Notes under the pieces: model-generated | Told to the model about the DNA's origin: nothing | Database searches by the model: none | What the model saw: only the letters and a program-made list of their open reading frames with translations | Program-made: the position numbers and the translations under genes | Assembly: GCA_964482695.1 (NCBI GenBank) | Contig: CAYZYP010000001.1 | Span: forward strand, 68,143-132,142 | Direction: 5' to 3' | DNA length: 64,000 bases | DNA from: an uncultured Gammaproteobacteria bacterium | GTDB taxonomy: Bacteria > Patescibacteriota > Patescibacteriia > Magasanikbacterales > GWA2-37-8 | Shown here: in pieces, positions 44,059-53,761 of the stretch | Layout: each line of letters opens with the position of its first letter | Numbering within the stretch: position 1 is the stretch's first letter

Positions 44059-45174
44059 ATGTTTTTTGTGAAATTGATATTGAAGAAGATAGTAATGAAT
44101 TTGAGTTATAGTTTTTTAGAATTGTGGGGGAAATTAAAGCAAAATCAGCTTAAAGATATAGAAAAAATTGGCATTTTATTTTTACCGCCATTAGGCATAG
44201 GCGATTTAGTAATGTTATCGCCAGCTACCCAAGAAATAAAAAATATTTTTCCTAAAGCAAAAATAAGTTTGATAACTTGGATACCAACTATTATCAATTT
44301 CAATGGAATAGAATTTGTACCTTATCAAAAAGAAAAAATTAAGCAGGAAAAATTTGATTTATTAATTTCGCCCACTTTGAATTTGCATCATTTACCTTTT
44401 ATTTTTTCTGCTAAATATTGGGTTGGTTACTTTGCCAAAGAAAGATTACAGGCGAATTTTAAAATTGAAAAATGCGATTATGATCCGCAAAATGAACATT
44501 ATTTTTGGCGATCCGTTTGTTTAATAAAATCTCTTAATAAAGAAAGCGGACAAAAGCTGCAAGAGCTAGCTCAAAAAAAGCGTCTGTCGTACCCAGAAAT
44601 AAAAGTTGGAGAACTAAAAGATTATCAAGAAAACGAATTGTTAAAAAGTCGCTATTTAGCAGTGGCTGTATTTTCTAAAATACCGGATAGATTGTGGCCA
44701 ATAGAAAAATACGCGCAAGTAATAGAGCAGGTTTATAATAATAAATATGTTGAAAAAATAGTTTTGCTTGGCGATGATAGTAAAAATAACGCCGCGACAG
44801 CGCGAAAATTAATTGATAATTTAACTTTGCCCAAAACAGCTATCTTAAATTTAACCGGTCAATGTAGTTTGTCCCAAGCAGCCTATATTATTAAAAATAG
44901 TTATTTATTTTTAGGTGCTGATTCCGGGCCGGCTCATTTGGCTTATTTTTTGGCTAAAAAGCCGGTAGCTATTTTTATCACTGTTGAACCCAATTTACGT
45001 TTGCCGTTGTTTATTGGTTTAGATAAAATTAAAACTGTTTATCCTTTTCCATCGCCACCATGTTCTTTGTATAATGGTTTAATGCCAGTGCCGGAAAAGG
45101 TGGTTAAGCAGTACAAAGAGAGGATTACAGTAGACGATGTTTTAAAAAAATTTGCTGAACTTGTAAAATTTTAA
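44059..45174 (+). CDS. Glycosyltransferase family 9 (heptosyltransferase-like)
   Basis: GIGDLVM..P....IK..FP, R.WP...YA, NLTG..SL, FLGADSGPAHLA. Confidence 0.88.
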   Translation: MFFVKLILKKIVMNLSYSFLELWGKLKQNQLKDIEKIGILFLPPLGIGDLVMLSPATQEIKNIFPKAKISLITWIPTIINFNGIEFVPYQKEKIKQEKFDLLISPTLNLHHLPFIFSAKYWVGYFAKERLQANFKIEKCDYDPQNEHYFWRSVCLIKSLNKESGQKLQELAQKKRLSYPEIKVGELKDYQENELLKSRYLAVAVFSKIPDRLWPIEKYAQVIEQVYNNKYVEKIVLLGDDSKNNAATARKLIDNLTLPKTAILNLTGQCSLSQAAYIIKNSYLFLGADSGPAHLAYFLAKKPVAIFITVEPNLRLPLFIGLDKIKTVYPFPSPPCSLYNGLMPVPEKVVKQYKERITVDDVLKKFAELVKF

Positions 45175-45182
45175 TTTTGATT

Positions 45183-45767
45183 ATGAAATATTTACGTTAT
45201 TTATTTAATTATTTATTATCATTACTGTACGATGTTTATTATTTTTTCTTTGGCGATATTCGTTCGCGTGTACAAAACATAAAATATTATCAGACAAGCA
45301 AAGCTTATCCCGGTTATTTAAAAAAAGGAAACATGGCCGAAGCGGTTAAATCTTTGGCTTTGTTTTATTGCCAAGGCAAAGGCTTGGATATTGGCGCTGG
45401 TAAGTGGGCTTTGACAGGATCTAGACCAATAGAAAATAGCAAAGAAGAAAATGCTTACAAAATATCCGAGCCAGATAATAGTTGTAATTTTGTTTTTTCT
45501 TCTCATAGTTTAGAACATTTGTCAGATTGGGAAAACGCTCTGCAAGAATGGTTTAGAGTATTGAAAACAGACGGTGTTATCTTTTTATATCTACCGCATC
45601 CGGTTTGCGAAATGTGGCACGTTGGCGTAAATAAACAACATTTGTGGGCGCCAGACAGCGAATTATGCCAGAAATTTTTGGTTGATAAATTAAAGATGAA
45701 AATTGAATTAGCAACTACGTTACCAGATGGCTATTTAAGTTTTGTAGTAGTAGCTAGAAAGGTTTAA
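45183..45767 (+). CDS. Class I SAM-dependent methyltransferase
   Basis: GLDIGAG, FVFSSHSLEH, EWFRVLK..G...LYLP. Confidence 0.88.
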   Translation: MKYLRYLFNYLLSLLYDVYYFFFGDIRSRVQNIKYYQTSKAYPGYLKKGNMAEAVKSLALFYCQGKGLDIGAGKWALTGSRPIENSKEENAYKISEPDNSCNFVFSSHSLEHLSDWENALQEWFRVLKTDGVIFLYLPHPVCEMWHVGVNKQHLWAPDSELCQKFLVDKLKMKIELATTLPDGYLSFVVVARKV

Positions 45768-45769
45768 CT

Positions 45770-47047
45770 ATGTCGGAATTATTCTTTCACCAGTTAGATA
45801 TTACAAAATTAAATAATTATTTAATCCTGCTTGATATTGACGGCACAATTGTTTGTGATGGCAGTGAAAAAATAGAAGAGGACGCAGTTTTGAAGATAAA
45901 AGAATTAGCCAAAAATAACAAATTATATTTTTGTTCTAACAAAGGTGCTTGTAAACAAAGAGAAAATATTTTGAATTTAACAGGCGTGTCTTGTTTGGAC
46001 GCGCCACATCGCAAGCCAAGTAAAAAAATTTTACGATATATTGAAAACAAAGAATCACTGCCTTTGCTAATAATAGGCGATAAATATTTAACCGATGGCT
46101 TTTTCGCGAAAAATATCGGCGCGGAATTTATTAAAGTAAAAAGGTTAAAGTCTGCCAGTGATAGCTTGTTCGTTAAATTAACTTACTTGATAGATAATTT
46201 TGTCTATTTTGTGAAAGATTATTTTATATTATTGCGTCCTTGGCAATGGATAAAGAATTTTTTTGTTTTTGTACCGATATTTTTTGCCAAGGAAATTTTT
46301 TTGCCAACTAAATTATCAACGGCTTTTCTGGCGTTTATTGTTTTTTGTCTAACAGCCAGCGCCATGTATGTGATTAATGATATTTTTGATAAAAAAGCAG
46401 ATCAGGCTCATACCAAAAAGAACAAAAGGCCGATAGCGACAGGCAGGCTAAAGATTTGGCAGGCGATTATTATACTATTTTTGTTATTATTGTCGGCCGT
46501 GGCGATTATTTTTTATAAATTGCCGACTATTTGGCCGGTGATGGCTATTTATGTTATTTTAAATTTATTGTATTCTTCTTATTTTAAAAAGGTGGTTATT
46601 TTGGATCTTTTATTTATTTCCGTGTTTTATTTATTACGTGTTTTGGCCGGTGGCATCGCTACCAATACCTATATTTCACACTGGTTAATATTATGCGTAT
46701 TGTTCGTTACCTTGCTTATCATCATTGGTAAAAGAATAGCGGAATTTAAACAGCCTAACAAAAGGGAAGTCTTAAAATCATACAGTTTGAATTTTCTAGA
46801 ACATTTGCTTTCTGTTAGCGCTGGATTAACTCTGGTTTCTTATGGCCTGTATAGTTTTTTGGGCGTTAGTTCCCCCTGGATGGTTTATTCAACTTTGTTT
46901 ATAGTTTTAGGCGTTTTTCGTTTTCTTTTTTTAGTATATACTACCGACAAAACAGAATTTCCAGAAAAATTAATTTTGACTGACAGAGTATTATTGAGCT
47001 CTATTGTTTGTTGGCTATTGTATATGTATATAATTTTTTATCATTAA
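45770..47047 (+). CDS. YqeG-like HAD phosphatase fused to a UbiA-family polyprenyl-phosphate phosphoribosyltransferase
   Basis: N-terminal LLDIDGTI, SN, KP, IGDKYLTDG; C-terminal LRPWQWIKNFFVF.P, YVINDIFD...D.AH..K..RPIA.G, LLYS, LRVLAG, KR..E. Confidence 0.85.
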   Translation: MSELFFHQLDITKLNNYLILLDIDGTIVCDGSEKIEEDAVLKIKELAKNNKLYFCSNKGACKQRENILNLTGVSCLDAPHRKPSKKILRYIENKESLPLLIIGDKYLTDGFFAKNIGAEFIKVKRLKSASDSLFVKLTYLIDNFVYFVKDYFILLRPWQWIKNFFVFVPIFFAKEIFLPTKLSTAFLAFIVFCLTASAMYVINDIFDKKADQAHTKKNKRPIATGRLKIWQAIIILFLLLLSAVAIIFYKLPTIWPVMAIYVILNLLYSSYFKKVVILDLLFISVFYLLRVLAGGIATNTYISHWLILCVLFVTLLIIIGKRIAEFKQPNKREVLKSYSLNFLEHLLSVSAGLTLVSYGLYSFLGVSSPWMVYSTLFIVLGVFRFLFLVYTTDKTEFPEKLILTDRVLLSSIVCWLLYMYIIFYH

Positions 47048-47091
47048 CTTAAATTAAGCCAGAATAATATTGTTTTTAAAGTAAAAATTTT

Positions 47092-48129
47092 ATGTCACAT
47101 TTTTTAGTCACAGGAGGATCAGGTTTTTTGGGAATTAATTTAATCCGCCATTTGTTATCTCGCGGCCACAAAGTCCGTTCATTAGACATTGTGCCGTTTG
47201 ATTATCCGGAAAAAGATAAAGTAGAAACAATCTTGGGAGATATTAGAAATAAAGAAACAGTAGAAAGAAGTCTGGAAGGCATAGATATTGTGATACATTG
47301 TGCCGCCGCTTTGCCATTGTACAAAAAAGAAGATATTTTTTCTACTGATATAGAAGGCGCTAGAAACATGTTGCAAGCCGCGTATAAAAATAAAATTGAT
47401 CGCTTTATTCATATTTCTTCTACCGCTGTTTATGGCATTCCTGACCACCACCCATTGTGCGAAGAAGATAAGCTAGAAGGCGTTGGCCCTTATGGCCAAT
47501 CCAAAATAATGGCCGAATATCTTTGCCTAGAATACGCCCGCCGCGGCATGTGTGTGTCAATAATTCGCCCTAAATCATTCATTGGTCCAGAAAGATTAGG
47601 AGTATTTGCTTTATTGTATGATTGGGCTAAAGATGGTAAAAATTTCCCAATGATTGGCAGTGGCAACAATAGGTATCAGTTATTAGATGTAGAAGATTTG
47701 TGCGATGCGGTTTATTTGTGCGCCACCAAAGAAAAAAATATTGTTAATGATACTTTTAACATAGGCGCTAAAGAATTTACCACCATGAAAGAAGATTATC
47801 AAGCTGTTTTGGATAAGGCTGGCAAACACAAGAAAATAATTGGTTTCCCAGCCGGTCCGGCAATTTGGTTTTTGCGAGTTTTAGAAAAATTACATCTGTC
47901 ACCACTATATAAATGGGTATATGAAACAGCCAGCCACGACAGTTTTGTTTCTATAGAAAAAGCAGAAAAAAAATTAGGCTATTCGCCAAAATTTTCTAAT
48001 AAGCAAGCGCTTGTTAGAAATTATGATTGGTATTTGGCTAATTTAGAAAAATTTAAAGGTCAAAAAGGGGTATCTCATCGCGTGCCTTGGGGGCAGGGGG
48101 TATTGAAAATTGTTAAATTGTTTTTTTAA
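47092..48129 (+). CDS. NAD-dependent epimerase/dehydratase (extended SDR)
   Basis: VTGGSGFLG, SSTAVYG, YGQSK. Confidence 0.9.
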   Translation: MSHFLVTGGSGFLGINLIRHLLSRGHKVRSLDIVPFDYPEKDKVETILGDIRNKETVERSLEGIDIVIHCAAALPLYKKEDIFSTDIEGARNMLQAAYKNKIDRFIHISSTAVYGIPDHHPLCEEDKLEGVGPYGQSKIMAEYLCLEYARRGMCVSIIRPKSFIGPERLGVFALLYDWAKDGKNFPMIGSGNNRYQLLDVEDLCDAVYLCATKEKNIVNDTFNIGAKEFTTMKEDYQAVLDKAGKHKKIIGFPAGPAIWFLRVLEKLHLSPLYKWVYETASHDSFVSIEKAEKKLGYSPKFSNKQALVRNYDWYLANLEKFKGQKGVSHRVPWGQGVLKIVKLFF

Positions 48130-48135
48130 TGGCTT

Positions 48136-49839
48136 ATGAAATGGTTGAAAATAGACAATTTTATCTTTAATCGTTGGCAAGGCACGGTAATGGTGATATT
48201 AGTTTTTGTTATTGCTTCGGTATTTGGCGTTAATCAATATAGATATGGTTGGAGCGACCAAACGATAACTATCCCTTTTATCAAATTTTTTCTAAATCCA
48301 GAATTATTTTCTGGTGATTATTTATTAACGCAAATCCCGTATTATTATACTTTTTTGTGGTTTGGCTTGGCTGTTATAATCAAATATCTGCATCTTAGTA
48401 CCCCTGTTATTTTTTTTATCACTTATTTTTTATTAGTGGTTGCTTTATATTCAGCTATTTATTTAATTGCTCGGGAAATTTTTAAGAAAAAGGAAGTGGC
48501 TTTTTTATCGTTATTTTTTCTTTTGTTTGCCAATACTACTTTAGCTGGAGCAAATATTTTGGATGACATGTTGGTTACTAGAACAGCTGTTTTGCCATTT
48601 TTACTTTTTGCCCTTTATTTTTTTCTTAAAGAAAAGTATTTTATTACCTATTTACTTTTGGGTATTGGCTTTTTGATTCATCCTTTAACTGCTTTATACG
48701 TTTTTGCAATGATTTTTGTAGCTTCAATAGTAAATATTAAAAAAATAGGAGCTAAAAAATTATTTTCTGCCGGTGGATTTTTTTTAATTACAATACTGCC
48801 ATTAATAGTTTGGAAAACAGTATATTCACCGCAGTCATTTGGTTTGCTTCATGTAGATGCCAGTTGGTTGGAACTATTACGTTTACGTTCTAGTCATCAT
48901 ATTTTTCCATTTTCATGGAATTTAGATATTTTTTTAAAAGCAGTTTTAACAGCTGTATTATTTTTTTTCTCTTTCAGACGTGTGCCCTTTGGTAGCAGGA
49001 AGCGGGCAACCAGTATGTTTGTTGTCGCGATTGCCACTATGATGATAATTGGTATAATTTTTACCGAAATTTGGCCAGCTTCTTTCGCGTTGGAATTACA
49101 GTTTTTGAGGAGTTGGCAATTTTTTGTTTATCTAACAATAATTTATTTTTCTAATTATTTTGTTAATCAGTTAGAAGAAGGGAAAAAGATATTACCATGG
49201 TTATTATTGGTTATTGGCTCAATCGCTTTTTTCTATAATACCTCGGAAAAACGTTTAACTGATTATTCCTTATTTATTTACGCCGGATTTATAGGAGGTT
49301 TTATTTTGTTGTTTTTATTTTTAAAATTCTTAAAAAGAAAAGAATTACTATTAAAAGGTTTTATTTATTTTATTGTTTGTTTTTCTTTGGCGGTTGGTGG
49401 CGTAGCCTATGCTATGCAGAAAAATTTTACTATTTACAACGCTCAAGATAAATTATGGTTAGATGTTCAGTATTGGGCCAACAAAAATACCAGCTCAACC
49501 GCTATGTTTATTGTTCCGCCCAGCATAGAAGGTTTTAGAGTAGAATCAGAAAGAACAATATATGCTGACTGGAAGGATGGCACATTACTTAATTTTAATC
49601 CTCAGTTTGGCACAGAATGGCTTAGAAGGATGAAAAAATTAGGTTATAAAAAAGGGGATAGGGATTCTTTGGAGCGTGGCTACATGAGTTTAGCTGAAAA
49701 GGATTTTATAGGAATAATCAAAGAACAGTCTTTGGACAAAGGGCCTTGGTATGTGGTAATGTATAAGGAACGCGGAGATTTAAACTTGCCTATTGTATAT
49801 CAAAATGGTAAGTTTATTGTTTACAGGACAACTAAATAG
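48136..49839 (+). CDS. Multi-pass membrane protein, possible GT-C glycosyltransferase/polymerase
   Basis: DQ...P....NPELF.GD loop after the first TM, IHP, R..HH, FR...ERT...WKDG C-terminal domain. Confidence 0.6.
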   Translation: MKWLKIDNFIFNRWQGTVMVILVFVIASVFGVNQYRYGWSDQTITIPFIKFFLNPELFSGDYLLTQIPYYYTFLWFGLAVIIKYLHLSTPVIFFITYFLLVVALYSAIYLIAREIFKKKEVAFLSLFFLLFANTTLAGANILDDMLVTRTAVLPFLLFALYFFLKEKYFITYLLLGIGFLIHPLTALYVFAMIFVASIVNIKKIGAKKLFSAGGFFLITILPLIVWKTVYSPQSFGLLHVDASWLELLRLRSSHHIFPFSWNLDIFLKAVLTAVLFFFSFRRVPFGSRKRATSMFVVAIATMMIIGIIFTEIWPASFALELQFLRSWQFFVYLTIIYFSNYFVNQLEEGKKILPWLLLVIGSIAFFYNTSEKRLTDYSLFIYAGFIGGFILLFLFLKFLKRKELLLKGFIYFIVCFSLAVGGVAYAMQKNFTIYNAQDKLWLDVQYWANKNTSSTAMFIVPPSIEGFRVESERTIYADWKDGTLLNFNPQFGTEWLRRMKKLGYKKGDRDSLERGYMSLAEKDFIGIIKEQSLDKGPWYVVMYKERGDLNLPIVYQNGKFIVYRTTK

Positions 49840-49845
49840 GGTTTT

Positions 49846-50838
49846 ATGTATTATACTGATAAAATTAACTCACTAAAAAGGATTTTTGGCACAGAAAATA
49901 TTGTTTTAGAAGAGCAGTCCTTGCGAGTTGATAATAAAAACTATCCTATTATAGACGATGTTATTATACTTTCTGATCAGACTAAATACACTGATTTTGT
50001 TAGAAAAAAGTTGGTTATTAAAGCTGATTTTAGTCAGCAAGAAAAAGATTTTTCCAAAGACATTCAATACACATTTGGCAGTGAATGGGAAGAATATAGC
50101 AAGATTTTGCCAGAACACCAGAAAGAATTTTTGCAATATTTTGACATCGTGGATTTAAAAGAATTACAAAATAGCGCGATTTGTGATTTGGGTTGCGGTA
50201 ATGGACGCTGGAGTTATTTTTTGAGAGAACAGTGTCAAGAGATAATATTGGTAGATTTTTCTGATGCCATATTTATTGCTAGAAAGAATTTAACAACAGT
50301 GAACAATTGTTTGTTTTTTATGTGTGATTTAAAGTCGTTGCCTTTTAAAAATAATTTTGTGAATTTCTTGTTTAGTATTGGCGTGTTGCATCATTTACCA
50401 ACCCCTTGTTTAGACGAGGTGCGTGTTTTGCGCAAGTATTCCCCAAAGTTGCTTGTTTATCTTTATTACGCGCTTGACAATCGGCCAATATATTTTCGTA
50501 TTTTATTAAAGTTAGTTACCAAGGCGCGTGTTATTGCTAGCAAGGTAAAAAGTAAATTTTTCCGCAAAATTTTTTGTTTTTTTGTCGCCTATCTAATTTA
50601 TGCGCCGCTTATTATTTTAGGACGGTTTTTAAACTTAATTAAATTAGGCAAATTTGTTCCTTTATATGAATTTTATAATAAAAAAAGCATGTTAAGAATA
50701 AAGCAAGATGTTTATGACAGGTTTTTTACTGGCATAGAACAAAGAGTGGCGCGTTTGGATATTTTAAAATTAAAAGATACTTTTAATGAAGTTATTATTT
50801 CTGATAATAAGCCTTACTGGCATTTTTTATGTAAGTAA
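49846..50838 (+). CDS. Class I SAM-dependent methyltransferase
   Basis: FGSEW, DLGCGNGRW, VDFS, SIGVLHH. Confidence 0.88.
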   Translation: MYYTDKINSLKRIFGTENIVLEEQSLRVDNKNYPIIDDVIILSDQTKYTDFVRKKLVIKADFSQQEKDFSKDIQYTFGSEWEEYSKILPEHQKEFLQYFDIVDLKELQNSAICDLGCGNGRWSYFLREQCQEIILVDFSDAIFIARKNLTTVNNCLFFMCDLKSLPFKNNFVNFLFSIGVLHHLPTPCLDEVRVLRKYSPKLLVYLYYALDNRPIYFRILLKLVTKARVIASKVKSKFFRKIFCFFVAYLIYAPLIILGRFLNLIKLGKFVPLYEFYNKKSMLRIKQDVYDRFFTGIEQRVARLDILKLKDTFNEVIISDNKPYWHFLCK

Positions 50839-50866
50839 TAATTTATAACAAGTTAGGATAAAATGT

Positions 50867-51799
50867 ATGTTTAATTCAATTAAAAATTTCGCTGTTATCG
50901 GTGTGGCTGGTTATATAGCCCCCAGACATTTGGAAGCTATTAAGGCTACAGGCAACAGGTTGGTTGCCGCTTATGATCCGCATGATTCCGTTGGTGTATT
51001 GGATAAATATGGTGATGATATAGATTTTTTTACTGAATTTGAGAGATTTGATCGTTATGTTGAAAAACACAAAAGGGATCCAAAGAGCGCGAAAAAAATA
51101 GATTATGTTTCAATCTGTTCGCCAAATTATCTGCATGACGCACATATACGATTTGGTTTGCGTATAGCCGCTAATGTTATTTGTGAAAAGCCTTTGGTAT
51201 TAAATCCATGGAATATTGATCCACTTATTGAATTAGAAAAAGAAAGTGGCAAAAAAGTTTTTACCATATTACAACTACGTCTGCACCCGTCTATTATCGC
51301 GCTTAAGGAAAAGATTCAAAACTCGCCAGCCGACCACAAGTATGATATCCGATTAATTTACATTACACCCAGAGGAAAGTGGTATCATAATTCTTGGAAA
51401 GGCAAACTTGATAAATCCGGTGGCGTGGCTACTAATATCGGCATTCATTTTTTTGATATGTTGATTTGGATTTTTGGTGAAGTATCAGGTCAAGAAGTTC
51501 ATGAGCGTAACGACAAGAAGGTAGCCGGGGTCATCAAGCTAAAGAGAGCTACTGTTAAATGGTTTTTATCTATTGATAAGAGTGATTTATCGGAAGTACA
51601 AAGAGAAAGAGGCGGGGCGTATCGTTCCATCACTGTTGACGGCCAGGAGATTGTTTTTTCTGACGGTTTCACTGACTTGCATACTAAGGTATATGAGAAT
51701 GTGCTTCGCGGAAAAGGTTACGGACTTGAAGACGTGCGACCTTCAATTCAGTTGGCACATGATATAAGAAACTCTGTAATAACGAAAGGATTCTTTTAA
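50867..51799 (+). CDS. Gfo/Idh/MocA oxidoreductase, WbpB/WlbA-like UDP-GlcNAcA 3-dehydrogenase
   Basis: GVAGYIAPRHL, DSVG, FFTEFERF, SICSPNYLHDAH, CEKP, SWKG...KSGG.ATNIGIHFFD, GFTDLH. Confidence 0.9.
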   Translation: MFNSIKNFAVIGVAGYIAPRHLEAIKATGNRLVAAYDPHDSVGVLDKYGDDIDFFTEFERFDRYVEKHKRDPKSAKKIDYVSICSPNYLHDAHIRFGLRIAANVICEKPLVLNPWNIDPLIELEKESGKKVFTILQLRLHPSIIALKEKIQNSPADHKYDIRLIYITPRGKWYHNSWKGKLDKSGGVATNIGIHFFDMLIWIFGEVSGQEVHERNDKKVAGVIKLKRATVKWFLSIDKSDLSEVQRERGGAYRSITVDGQEIVFSDGFTDLHTKVYENVLRGKGYGLEDVRPSIQLAHDIRNSVITKGFF

Positions 51800-51851
51800 A
51801 AGATTTATCACATGTCAGAATCGTCTTCTCAAGCAATTTAAAGACAAAAAT

Positions 51852-52637
51852 ATGAATAAGTCACATCGGTCGGTTTGTAATTTTACATTGGAACATTATA
51901 ATGATATTTTAAAATTGCTTAAGAAACACAATTACCGTTTTAGCTTCTTTACTGATAGACAGGATAGTAAAGAGAGGCAGGTGTATATAAGGCATGATGT
52001 GGACTATTCACCACGAGTCGCTTTAAAAATGGCAGAGGCGGAGAAAGGACATGAAGTTAAATCTACGTATTTTTTCAGGTTACGAGCACCATTTTATAAT
52101 GTATTTGATTCAACGAATGCAGAGGCTATTAAAGAAATCGAGGAAATGGGTCATTGTGTAGGGTTGCACTACGAAGGACAAATGACAAGTCAATCAGTTA
52201 GTCTAGGGACTGTTGAAAAAGAGATAAAAAAGCAAATTAAGATATTTAATGATCTGGGTATTTACATGAAACAGGTTGTTTCTTTTCATAGACCAAGGCA
52301 AATCAAACCGTTGGTGGTTGGCTGCACATTGAGGGGGGGGGTATTGAGTGCGTATGATCCAAAATTTTTTTCCACTGATGAAGAATATGCCAAAGATCCT
52401 GTCAATAAAACAAAATATATTTCTGATTCAAGAGGGAAATGGCATGGTGATGAGTGTGTATGTCAAATTAACGCAACAGATATTAAAAAAATACAAATGC
52501 TTGTCCATCCAATTTGGTGGGTGGAGAGGATTGAAAACGCTAATATTCATTTGCAGAAATTCTTAAATGATGAATTTAGATACTTGGACGAATCCATGCG
52601 TTTGGATAGCAATATTTACGTTAATAAAATTTTTTAA
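51852..52637 (+). CDS. Polysaccharide-deacetylase-like protein (WbmS-like)
   Basis: RHDVD, STYF, GH.VGLH, SFHRP, YISDS...W, L.HP.WW. Confidence 0.7.
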   Translation: MNKSHRSVCNFTLEHYNDILKLLKKHNYRFSFFTDRQDSKERQVYIRHDVDYSPRVALKMAEAEKGHEVKSTYFFRLRAPFYNVFDSTNAEAIKEIEEMGHCVGLHYEGQMTSQSVSLGTVEKEIKKQIKIFNDLGIYMKQVVSFHRPRQIKPLVVGCTLRGGVLSAYDPKFFSTDEEYAKDPVNKTKYISDSRGKWHGDECVCQINATDIKKIQMLVHPIWWVERIENANIHLQKFLNDEFRYLDESMRLDSNIYVNKIF

Positions 52638-52639
52638 CC

Positions 52640-52756
52640 ATGAAATCGATAATCGTGTTGAAAATAGGTGTAAGCGCGCCCGGTATTATTAAAAGCCCGA
52701 GGCTTGTAAAAGAGCGCGTGGCTGAATGTCCGCTTTTTCTTGTGGTCTTGCCGTGA
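52640..52756 (+). pseudogene. Possible remnant of an ATP-grasp (carbamoyl-phosphate-synthase-like) gene
   Basis: Short ORF MKSIIVLKIGVSAPGIIKSPRLVKER... resembles the APGIIKSLR N-terminus recalled for glycan-locus ATP-grasp proteins; starts 2 nt after the previous stop. Confidence 0.35.
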
Positions 52757-52802
52757 GTAAATTTTTTAAATATAATATAGTCTTAAACATTAAACACTAC
52801 AT

Positions 52803-53753
52803 ATGAAGAATAAATTAAAAATTCTAGTTACAGGTGGTGGGGGTTTCATAGGCAGTGCTTTTCTGGTAAATAGCACAAAAGAAATGGAAGTAATATCGTT
52901 AGACCATGGTACAAACTATCCGAAATTGAAGAGTATTGTACCTTCAAATGTAGAACTTGTTCAAGGTAGCTTAAATAATGAAGATTTATTAGATGAAATT
53001 TTAAGAGGGGTTGAAGTAATTATTCATTTTGCAGGAGGAGGAGGCAACCGAGCTTGTTTGGAAGATCCGACAAAATCTTTGCTGAATAATGTATTAGGTA
53101 CAAGATTATTACTCAAAAAGGCTCTCCAATATAAAATAAAAAGATTTTTTTTTGCGTCAACTCAGTCGGTATACGGAACATTTTCAGAACGAGAGATGCC
53201 TTTAGTAGAAAAAAAATTACAGGAACCCGACGATTTTTATGCGGCTTTAAAAACATGTGCTGAAGCGACAATTATGGATCTGTTTAATAATTATGTTATA
53301 TTCCGCTTTGCTAATGTATATGGTTATGGAAGTGGATTGGGCGCTCAGTGGGGTGGTGTTATAGGCAAATTCATTAAATCTGGTTGTGATAATGCTGAAA
53401 TTTCTGTCTTTGGTACGGGTGAACAGAAAATTGATTTCGTTCATATAAATGATGTTGTTAAAGTTTTATTATTAACTTTAGGAAATCAAACAATTAAGAG
53501 CGAAATAATAAATGTAGGAAGCGGCAAAGGGACATCGATTAAAGAAGTCGGATTAACTGTAGCTCATGTCGCTCAAAGGAATTATAATCGATCCGTCAAT
53601 ATAAATTATAAACCAGCTCCTCCGGATAAAATTTGGCCTGATCGATGGCTATCAATCAATAAGGCAAAAGAACTCCTTCACTGGCAACCGCAAGTCTCTC
53701 TTGAAGAAGGTGTTAATGAAATGATGAATAAATATTTAAATGCATCAAAATAA
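52803..53753 (+). CDS. NAD-dependent epimerase/dehydratase
   Basis: VTGGGGFIG, ST.SVYG, YAALK, RFANVYG, DFVH. Confidence 0.9.
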   Translation: MKNKLKILVTGGGGFIGSAFLVNSTKEMEVISLDHGTNYPKLKSIVPSNVELVQGSLNNEDLLDEILRGVEVIIHFAGGGGNRACLEDPTKSLLNNVLGTRLLLKKALQYKIKRFFFASTQSVYGTFSEREMPLVEKKLQEPDDFYAALKTCAEATIMDLFNNYVIFRFANVYGYGSGLGAQWGGVIGKFIKSGCDNAEISVFGTGEQKIDFVHINDVVKVLLLTLGNQTIKSEIINVGSGKGTSIKEVGLTVAHVAQRNYNRSVNINYKPAPPDKIWPDRWLSINKAKELLHWQPQVSLEEGVNEMMNKYLNASK

Positions 53754-53761
53754 ATATAAAT

